Source of the DNA: an uncultured Pseudomonadales bacterium
GTDB lineage: Bacteria > Patescibacteriota > Microgenomatia > UBA1400 > PJMF01
Assembly: GCA_964556485.1 (NCBI GenBank)
Contig: CAZKVV010000001.1
Span: 84,551-148,550, forward strand
Length of the DNA stretch: 64,000 bases
Reading direction: 5' to 3'
In this document: in pieces, positions 57,141-64,000 of the stretch
Layout of the letters: the number at the start of each line of letters is the position of its first letter
Position numbering within the stretch: the first letter of the stretch is position 1
Program-made: the position numbers and the translations under genes
Notes under the pieces: model-generated
Told to the model about the DNA's origin: nothing
Seen by the model: only the letters and a program-made list of their open reading frames with translations
Databases searched by the model: none

Positions 57141-58031
57141 ATGAGATATATTGGCGCACATGTTTCAGCTAGTGGTGGACTTGAAAAAGCCGTAGAGAGA
57201 GCGAATGACTTGGGGTCTAACGCACTGCAACTCTTTAGTGGTAGTCCGCGGGTGTGGAAGCGAAAAGACCTGAGTGAAATTACAACCAAAAAAATGTTTG
57301 CACTTCGTAGTGAATTGCAGTTTGGACCAGTGGTTACTCATGCACTGTATTTAGTTAATTTGGCATCTAGTAAACCCGAACTAATGGAGGGTTCCATTCG
57401 GGCACTACAATACGATATGGCCTTCGATAGTCTTATTAAGGGTTCGGGAGTGGTGGTGCATTTGGGTAGTCATTTGGGTGCTGGCTGGGAGGCTGTACGA
57501 GACCAAGTTGCAACCAACGTGGCGCGCATCATACAAAACAGTCCTAGTGACGCAACTTTTTTGATTGAGAATTCAGCGGGCCAGAATGGCAAACTGTGTA
57601 GTGATTTAGCTGAAATTGCTTGGCTTATTGAGCAAGTTAACTCTCCTCAATTAGGGTGGTGTTTTGATACCTGTCACTCACATGCTGCTGGCATGAGCAT
57701 TGGCGATCCTGCAGGTCCCGATGCTGTTGCAGGCGGTGCTGGTCAGACGGAGTGGGGGAGTGAAAAAAAATATGCTGTCATGCAGATCGAAACGCATGAT
57801 TTGTGGAAGCACTTGCGGGTTGTGCACGTCAATGACAGTAGAGATGCCTTTGCATCTGGACGAGATCGACATGAGAACTTAGGCAAAGGGAACATTGCTG
57901 AAGACGACTTTCGATACTTTTTAAACAGGCCAGAGCTGCGGAGTGTGCCATTGCTGACTGAGGTCCCTGGGTTGGATGGCAATGGACCGGACGCGGTTAA
58001 TGTTGCAGTCTTGAAGTCATACTTACAGTAG
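57141..58031 (+). CDS. nfo: endonuclease IV (AP endonuclease family 2)
   Basis: YIGAHVSASGG N-terminus, HALYLVNLAS, VVHVNDSRD...GRDRHENLGKG metal-binding motifs. ATG 57141 behind GGTGAAAAG. Confidence 0.8.
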   Translation: MRYIGAHVSASGGLEKAVERANDLGSNALQLFSGSPRVWKRKDLSEITTKKMFALRSELQFGPVVTHALYLVNLASSKPELMEGSIRALQYDMAFDSLIKGSGVVVHLGSHLGAGWEAVRDQVATNVARIIQNSPSDATFLIENSAGQNGKLCSDLAEIAWLIEQVNSPQLGWCFDTCHSHAAGMSIGDPAGPDAVAGGAGQTEWGSEKKYAVMQIETHDLWKHLRVVHVNDSRDAFASGRDRHENLGKGNIAEDDFRYFLNRPELRSVPLLTEVPGLDGNGPDAVNVAVLKSYLQ

Positions 58032-58075
58032 ATTGATCACTGTTTATTTTTTAATTATCTAGATATGATAGATGT

Positions 58076-58369
58076 GTGTACGAAAAAGAACATACATCAG
58101 TTACTGAGAATGCTGGTAAGCCTGAGAATGAGCGTTTACGCGAATCTCTCTCATTGCAAGATCGAGCAGATTTATTTCTCTCTCTTAATCGGGAAGCAGA
58201 ACGTTTGGGACCGATAGAAGTTTTTGAAGACAAATATGATTTTGTGATTCGAGATTATCCATTAAATACTGTTCCCAGTTGTGATTGGGGTGAGTATTTT
58301 TCAGAGCAGCCAATAGGGCTGCAGCACAAATTCACACCCAACTTTCTCTCTACAATCGTAAGTTGTTAA
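58076..58369 (+). CDS. hypothetical protein (97 aa), low confidence
   Basis: ORF with no RBS and no family; may be non-coding. Confidence 0.25.
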   Translation: MYEKEHTSVTENAGKPENERLRESLSLQDRADLFLSLNREAERLGPIEVFEDKYDFVIRDYPLNTVPSCDWGEYFSEQPIGLQHKFTPNFLSTIVSC

Positions 58370-58477
58370 AAAGCAGGCACTAGAAAAAGTGCTCGGATAT
58401 TGTATTAAAAAAGAGATACTTCGTCAATGACTATAGGACTATATTTGCCATTATAAACCTGGTATAATAACCTTCTT

Positions 58478-59398
58478 ATGATTGTTTTTGATGGAAACAC
58501 ACTAGCAAAAAGTCGAGAACTTGCCGTGCACGAGCGGATTGCTTCACAGGTAACTTCTCAGGGTGGCAAAATAGCTATAGCTGCGATTCTGTTTGTAGAA
58601 GACATTGGTAGCCGGTTGTATACGCGACTCAAAAAAGAAGCTGCGCAGCGAGTTGGTATAGAGTACAAAGTGTATTCTTTTTCGCTCTTAGACAATCCAG
58701 ACAGCATTATTTCAACTTTACAAACACTTAATGCAGATGGCGACATAACTGGCATTATAATTCAAAAACCATGGCGCAAAACATGGATTGATTCCAGATC
58801 TAGCGGGAATACTAGTGGAAATATGCGGGAAATGAATTTTGCATATAATACTTGGTGGAATACGCTTGTTGAGGGCTTAAATCCCGCGAAAGATGTTGAT
58901 GGTTTACATCCAAAAACCCGCGAAAGTATTTTGGCTGGTACTAGAGTAAAAGAGGGTAGAGTATTACCAGCAACGGTTCAAGCAATCTATACCATTTTAG
59001 AACAAGCGCAGTTAGAGTTATCGTTTAAGTTGAAAGAAAAAAAAGTCGGTATTATTGGTACCTCAGATATTGTGGGATTGCCTCTGTACCTGGAAATGCA
59101 GAGTAGGGGAGTGAAATGTGAATTGCTGGGTAGAAAAGAATTGCAAGCAAAAGTAGGTGCGGGGAGTGGTCTCAAAGATTCAGATATTATCATTTCTGCA
59201 ACTGGAATAGAGAAACTTATTACAGGAGAGATGGTGTCTGAAGGTTGTATCGTCATTGACGTTGGTGAACCCAGACCTGATGTTGATTTTGCCTCAGTTT
59301 CACCAAAGGCCTCATTCATTACGCCAGTGCCAGGGGGCGTTGGTCCACTTACCGTTGTAAGTTTGCTTGAAAATGCTTTGACGCTATTTGCTCACTAG
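58478..59398 (+). CDS. folD: bifunctional methylenetetrahydrofolate dehydrogenase/cyclohydrolase
   Basis: ILFVEDIGSRLYTRLKKEAAQRVGIEY...; the C-terminal PVPGGVGPLTV motif is characteristic of FolD. Confidence 0.9.
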   Translation: MIVFDGNTLAKSRELAVHERIASQVTSQGGKIAIAAILFVEDIGSRLYTRLKKEAAQRVGIEYKVYSFSLLDNPDSIISTLQTLNADGDITGIIIQKPWRKTWIDSRSSGNTSGNMREMNFAYNTWWNTLVEGLNPAKDVDGLHPKTRESILAGTRVKEGRVLPATVQAIYTILEQAQLELSFKLKEKKVGIIGTSDIVGLPLYLEMQSRGVKCELLGRKELQAKVGAGSGLKDSDIIISATGIEKLITGEMVSEGCIVIDVGEPRPDVDFASVSPKASFITPVPGGVGPLTVVSLLENALTLFAH

Positions 59399-59531
59399 AT
59401 CTTCTCGAGTAGTATGATATAATTTCACTTCTAGTAATACTACAATACATCTGCAGCGTTGGTACGCGTCCTGAAATTACACTACCAGCCCGTGCAGCTC
59501 GCACTAGAAAGCGAGAAAAAAAAGGACAGAT

Positions 59532-60254
59532 ATGCTTCAGACTTTTTCTGATCTTCCAAACAAAGCACCAGATTACGACTTGAGAGAACTTCTCGAGGCC
59601 GGATGTCATTTTGGTCACCAAAAAGCCAAGTGGAATCCTCACATGAGAGAGTGGATCTACATGGAAAAAGATGGTGTGCACATTTTCGATTTGGCAAAAA
59701 CAGCTGCTCAGTTGCAGATGGCATATAACTATGCATTTAAACTTGGCTCACAAGGCAAATCGGTTATTTTTGTTGGTACTAAGAAGCAAGCCCGAGAAGT
59801 TATTGAAAATGCTGCAAAATCAGCTGGAGTAGGATTCATTACTTCAAGATGGCTGGGTGGATTTCTTACCAATTGGGATCAGGTTCGCAAATCTATTAAG
59901 CGAATGACTGAGATTGAAAAAGGTCTTGAAACAGGTAAATATGATAACTACACCAAATACGAGCGTGTTCAACTAGATAAAGAGAAGACAAAATTATCAC
60001 GTTTTTTTGTTGGCGTACAATCACTCAAAGAAGTGCCGGATTGTATTTTTATCGTTGACCCGGGTAGAGAAAAAATTGCAGCATCTGAAGCTCGAAGTAT
60101 GAACGTGCCAGTAGTTGCACTCATCGACTCTAACTCAGATCCAGATCTAGTTGATCTTCCAATTCCAGCAAATGATGATGCTTTGAAGAGCGTTACCTAT
60201 ATTGTTGAGCAGTTTGCAGCTGGATATGCCGCTGGTAAAGCTGCTGGAAAATAA
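59532..60254 (+). CDS. rpsB: 30S ribosomal protein S2
   Basis: LLEAGCHFGHQKAKWNPHM... and VDPGREKIAASEARSMNVPVVALIDSN match S2. Confidence 0.95.
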   Translation: MLQTFSDLPNKAPDYDLRELLEAGCHFGHQKAKWNPHMREWIYMEKDGVHIFDLAKTAAQLQMAYNYAFKLGSQGKSVIFVGTKKQAREVIENAAKSAGVGFITSRWLGGFLTNWDQVRKSIKRMTEIEKGLETGKYDNYTKYERVQLDKEKTKLSRFFVGVQSLKEVPDCIFIVDPGREKIAASEARSMNVPVVALIDSNSDPDLVDLPIPANDDALKSVTYIVEQFAAGYAAGKAAGK

Positions 60255-60284
60255 GTACCATTTACTTTGAAATAAAGGAGAACT

Positions 60285-60743
60285 ATGTCATTTACTGCTG
60301 CTGATGTAAAAAAGCTGCGCGAGGAAACTGGTGCGGGCATGATGGATTGCAAGCGCGCTCTTGATGAAGCTAAGGGTGACTTTGAGCAAGCTAAAGAGAT
60401 TGTGCGACTCAAGGGTTTGGCAAGAGCAGAGAAGAAAGCTGATAGAGAAACCAAAGAAGGGTACATAGCTAGCTATGTACACGCTAATGGTAAGACAGCA
60501 GCGCTTGTTGAAATTTTATGCGAGACAGATTTTGTTGCTCGAAATGAAGATTTTCGTGAAATGGCTAAAGGTGTTGCAATGCAGGTTGTTGCCATGAGTC
60601 CTGAAACTGTAGAAGAATTGCTCGAACAAGAGTTCATCAAAGATCCATCACTTACTGTTGCTGACATTATTAAAGGTGTTTCAGGAACGATTGGTGAGAA
60701 ATTTGTAGTGAATAAGTTTGTTCGCTACGCAGTAGGAGAGTAG
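60285..60743 (+). CDS. tsf: elongation factor Ts (short form)
   Basis: UBA-like N-terminus VKKLREETGAGMMDCKRAL; conserved rpsB-tsf pairing. Confidence 0.9.
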   Translation: MSFTAADVKKLREETGAGMMDCKRALDEAKGDFEQAKEIVRLKGLARAEKKADRETKEGYIASYVHANGKTAALVEILCETDFVARNEDFREMAKGVAMQVVAMSPETVEELLEQEFIKDPSLTVADIIKGVSGTIGEKFVVNKFVRYAVGE

Positions 60744-60770
60744 TTTTACAGCGATTATTTTGAAATTGAA

Positions 60771-60796
60771 AGCGCCGGCACATGCCGGCGCTTTTG
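60771..60796 (+). terminator. intrinsic terminator (AGCGCCGG-CACATG-CCGGCGCT + TTTT)
   Basis: GC-rich 8-bp stem followed by a T-run. Sits between tsf and the convergent queA. Confidence 0.75.
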
Positions 60797-60802
60797 GATT
60801 CT

Positions 60803-61900
60803 TTACAGTATCAACATCCCATCGCCGAAAGAGTAAAATCTGTACTCATTTTGAATTGCATGAGTGTATGCAAGGCCAATAATTGATTCGCCAAAAGTAC
60901 TAAACAAGTGCTCTGTATTGGGTTGCGAACAAAAGGCTGAGACTAACATTAACAGCGTAGATTGCGGCAGGTGAAAGTTGGTAATCAACACATCAACGCA
61001 AGTACATTGATATGGTGGATAGATATAGATATCTGTTTCTCCTGTTTTTGCGGTGACAGTAGCAGTGCCATCATCAGCGCGTTTGGTGCAAGATTCTAAG
61101 ACTCTTGCTGAAGTTGTTCCCACAGCCACAATTCGATTTCCATTAGCCTTGGTTTCAGTAATAGTTTTTGCAGCTAACTCGGACAATTCAAACCATTCAC
61201 TATGCATGTGGTGCTGCGTAATATCTGAAATTTTTACTGGTAAAAAAGTACCAAGTCCTACATGGAGGGTTAGTTCAACAATAATGACGCCCATTTTTTG
61301 CAATTTTTCATCAAGTTCTTTGGTGAAGTGCAGACCAGCAGTTGGAGCCGCTGCCGAGCCGTCATGCTTGGCATACGTAGTTTGGTATCGATCTTCAAAC
61401 GCGTTTGGCGAATCGGTGTGTGCGTCTGAAATGTAAGGGGGCAATGGTGTAATGCCAATGGTGTGGAGTTCGGCAATTAAATCTGGACCAGCTTTAGAAA
61501 ATTGCATGTGTCTGGTGTACCCGTCGGAAGAAGTGCCGACACACTGAGCAGAAAGGGTCGCAGTAAGTGCAACCTCTTGTCCCATTTTGAGCCCTGGTTT
61601 TGTTAAACAATCCCAGATTTCAGTTTCAGCTGTTTGCGACAGTTTTTTAGTGAGCAACAGTTCCACTAATCCGCCCGTCGTTTTTTTACCATAGACACGT
61701 GCTGGAATAACTTTGGTGTTGTTACGAACCAGCACATCACCTGGAAGCAAAAAATCAGTGAGGTTGGAAAAAACACTATCAACAAGTTCGCCAGTGGTTT
61801 TGCTTACGACTAGCAACTTGCTGCTGTCACGAGGTTCGAGGGGATACTTAGCAATACGTTCAGGTGGAAGAATATAGTCAAAATCGGTGAGTTTCAGCAT
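60803..61900 (-). CDS. queA: S-adenosylmethionine:tRNA ribosyltransferase-isomerase
   Basis: MLKLTDFDYILPPERIAKYP canonical QueA N-terminus and conserved core. Confidence 0.9.
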   Translation of the reverse strand: MLKLTDFDYILPPERIAKYPLEPRDSSKLLVVSKTTGELVDSVFSNLTDFLLPGDVLVRNNTKVIPARVYGKKTTGGLVELLLTKKLSQTAETEIWDCLTKPGLKMGQEVALTATLSAQCVGTSSDGYTRHMQFSKAGPDLIAELHTIGITPLPPYISDAHTDSPNAFEDRYQTTYAKHDGSAAAPTAGLHFTKELDEKLQKMGVIIVELTLHVGLGTFLPVKISDITQHHMHSEWFELSELAAKTITETKANGNRIVAVGTTSARVLESCTKRADDGTATVTAKTGETDIYIYPPYQCTCVDVLITNFHLPQSTLLMLVSAFCSQPNTEHLFSTFGESIIGLAYTHAIQNEYRFYSFGDGMLIL

Positions 61901-61933
61901 GACACTATTATACTCGGTGCCTGGTATAATAGC

Positions 61934-63121
61934 GTGGTGAATACACCTTTTTCCTTTGAATTACAAAAAACAGTTGGTAAAATGCGAGCGGGAAAAATAA
62001 CGACGCCACATGGTGAAATAAAAACACCTATTTTTATGCCAGTGGGTACTGCGGCATCGGTAAAGGCGTTGGATGCGCGCGACATCACTGATGCAAAGTC
62101 GCAAATAATTTTAGCTAACACGTATCATTTATATCTTCGCCCAACAACTACAGTATTGCAGGAAGCTGGAGGTATTCATGCTTTTATGAAGTGGAATGGC
62201 CCGGTGCTTACTGATTCTGGTGGTTTTCAGGTGTTGTCTTTGGGAGATGCAATTGCTCACAAACAAGAAAAGGGGAGTGATGCAAAAACAGGTGTTACTA
62301 TTACCAATGAAGGCGTGGAGTTTAGGTCTCATTTAGATGGATCTAAGCACTTTTTTTCTCCACAGAAATCGATACAAATTCAGAGAGAAATCGGATCTGA
62401 CATTGCTATGGTTTTTGATGAGGCTTTGCCAGATAGTAAACCACTTGAGTATGCCCAGGCGTCACTGGCAAAAACCCACAGTTGGGCGAAAGCATGTTTC
62501 GACTATTGGGAAGAGTATGATCGCAAGAATGTCTATGGTTTATACCAGGCGCTGTTTGGCATTGTGCAAGGTGGATTATTTAAAGAATTGCGTCAAGAAT
62601 CTGCTAAGTACATTGCTAGTTTAGACTTTGATGGCGTTGCTGTTGGTGGTGAAACTGTTGGCTATAATCTTGCAGGTACCACAGAGGTGATGCAGTGGAT
62701 CGAGCCGCTCTTGCCAGCTAACAAACCACGGTATGCAATGGGAATGGGAATGAATCCTATCGATTTGGTCGAGGCGGTGAAAATGGGATTTGATATGTTT
62801 GATTGCGTTGCCCCAACACGCTTGGCACGAAATGGTTCTTTGTATGTAGGAAAGTTAGAAGAAAGAAATGGTGAGCCAGTGTTTGTCTCCACTGAAAAGA
62901 ATGGACGTACCAATATAAGTACTGTGCAGTACACGTTAGATAACAGACCAATTCAGGAAGATTGTGATTGCTATACCTGCGAGAGTGGTTACTCGCGTTC
63001 CTATTTACGCCACTTATATAAAGCTGCCGAATTAAGTTATTATAGATTAGCATCAATACATAATATCCGCAGCATGGTTCGCCTGAGTGAACAACTGCGT
63101 CGATTTGTGATTGAGCATTAA
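61934..63121 (+). CDS. tgt: queuine tRNA-ribosyltransferase
   Basis: FSFEL...TPIFMPVGT, the zinc site CDCYTC...H, and LASIHN all match Tgt. GTG start at 61934. Confidence 0.9.
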   Translation: MVNTPFSFELQKTVGKMRAGKITTPHGEIKTPIFMPVGTAASVKALDARDITDAKSQIILANTYHLYLRPTTTVLQEAGGIHAFMKWNGPVLTDSGGFQVLSLGDAIAHKQEKGSDAKTGVTITNEGVEFRSHLDGSKHFFSPQKSIQIQREIGSDIAMVFDEALPDSKPLEYAQASLAKTHSWAKACFDYWEEYDRKNVYGLYQALFGIVQGGLFKELRQESAKYIASLDFDGVAVGGETVGYNLAGTTEVMQWIEPLLPANKPRYAMGMGMNPIDLVEAVKMGFDMFDCVAPTRLARNGSLYVGKLEERNGEPVFVSTEKNGRTNISTVQYTLDNRPIQEDCDCYTCESGYSRSYLRHLYKAAELSYYRLASIHNIRSMVRLSEQLRRFVIEH

Positions 63122-63152
63122 AAGTAACTAAGCGTTAACGAAATTGCAACGT

Positions 63153-64000
63153 ATGACTCGAACTGCCCGTCGGTCTACAAATCGACCCGTACCTAGAAAA
63201 GCTAGCGTCCGTCGTGTGTCACAAGTTCCTGTAAAACGAGTTGTTAAACGATCCCGGATTGCCAAAAAAAGTGGCACCATGCCACCACTTTTCAGAACAC
63301 TTTTAATTGTTCTTTTCGCCGTTTTTTTCGTTTCTTGTGTAGCAGTAGTAGTATGGTTTTTTGTATTTCCTTCACTGTTGCTTTCGGGAATTACACAGAA
63401 AAATACTGTATACGTTTCACAAACTTTAGACTCTGAGGACAATATAATTCTATTTGCACAATTTAATAAAGATTTGCAAACCAGCAAGGTTTTTGCAGTG
63501 GATGGAACCATGGAGATAGTAGTGCCAAATGGCTATGGCACGTATGCACTTGAATCTCTGTATCCATTGCTCAAAATGGATGCATGGGAAGATGCCACAC
63601 TCAAATCAATAATGGGTAGAGCACTTACGGTACCGGTTGACGAATTGTTAGTAGGTGAGCCAATTCTTGCGGCAAATTTTACCAAAAAAGCCGCTCAAAA
63701 ATCGTTGCTCACCGCTATCAAAGGTACTTCGCCATTTGCGATAGACCAGTATGTTTCATTATTACGACTCTATTTTCTGGTGAGTTCGAGAGATGAAATT
63801 TCATTTTTTACTACTGATGAAGGCGCCAAATTTGCCGAGGAGGTGACGCTAGTGTTAGGAGAAGGCGAAGAAATGTGTTCAGTAGCAATTGTAAATACTA
63901 CTGCAACTCCGAAGCTTGCCGCCAAGATTGTGGAATTGTTTGAAAAAAATGGTATCTATGTGATTCGAGAAGACAGTACCATGGGGGAGCTTGCGCATAC
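63153..64000 (+). CDS. membrane-anchored protein with LytR_C-like C-terminal region (3' end outside window)
   Basis: ORF from ATG 63153 to the window edge; not in the supplied track because it is truncated. Arg/Lys-rich N-terminus, one TM helix, and later SVAIVNTTATPKLAAKIVELFEKNGIYV resembling the LytR C-terminal domain pattern. Confidence 0.4.
   Translation, partial: MTRTARRSTNRPVPRKASVRRVSQVPVKRVVKRSRIAKKSGTMPPLFRTLLIVLFAVFFVSCVAVVVWFFVFPSLLLSGITQKNTVYVSQTLDSEDNIILFAQFNKDLQTSKVFAVDGTMEIVVPNGYGTYALESLYPLLKMDAWEDATLKSIMGRALTVPVDELLVGEPILAANFTKKAAQKSLLTAIKGTSPFAIDQYVSLLRLYFLVSSRDEISFFTTDEGAKFAEEVTLVLGEGEEMCSVAIVNTTATPKLAAKIVELFEKNGIYVIREDSTMGELAH

Noticed and set aside
63128-63511. 127-aa minus-strand ORF after tgt
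   Set aside because: It is antisense to a longer, better-supported + strand ORF (63153 onward) with TM and LytR_C-like features.
1-64000. Alternative genetic code with UGA recoding (as in Gracilibacteria/SR1)
   Set aside because: Conserved genes terminate with TGA at the expected C-terminus (the fur-like gene at 8226-8228). No conserved gene needs read-through of an internal TGA. Reading TGA at 4096 as sense does not restore the PIG-L motifs.
1-64000. CRISPR arrays, IS elements, integrases, prophage genes, rRNA
   Set aside because: No repeat-spacer periodicity, no transposase/integrase/recombinase-like ORFs, and no rRNA-like conserved stretches were found on either strand.

Overview
This 64-kb window looks like a gene-dense bacterial chromosome segment with GC in the mid-40s percent by eye. 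It uses the standard genetic code: the Fur-like gene ends in TGA, and conserved genes have no internal TGA. A class II CCA-adding enzyme, lgt-lspA-rluD, the Gram-positive-style rpsF-ssb-rpsR operon, many short unassignable proteins and two giant multi-domain proteins together suggest a small-genome Candidate Phyla Radiation / Saccharibacteria-like organism. That origin is inference only. I call about 70 CDS, one tRNA-Leu(CAA) with no encoded CCA, a candidate RNase P RNA (9375-9790), several intrinsic terminators and three consensus sigma70-like promoters. Housekeeping blocks: tmk(partial)-hyp-recR-hpf at 0-2.7 kb; cysS; a fur-family regulator with capA; lgt-lspA-rluD-PRTase; glmS; hisS; dnaB; glyA and folD; rpsB-tsf; queA/tgt; prfA and rpmE. 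The accessory-like stretch at 11.4-30.6 kb holds the most unusual content. It contains a zinc-ribbon/PP2C phosphatase plus a large radical-SAM protein. It contains a stand-alone protein made of five tandem EAD/Death-like repeats. It contains a hypothetical gene behind a consensus promoter and a long structured leader. It contains a divergent pair of a 915-aa unknown protein and a 1890-aa DEAH-helicase fusion. Other points: two apparent frameshifted genes (a PIG-L/LmbE deacetylase, and an ORF pair joined at a T8 run); a covarying RNA-like motif present twice around 53.0-53.3 kb; an 18-bp perfect palindrome upstream of a lipoprotein gene. No CRISPR array, transposase, integrase or rRNA was found.
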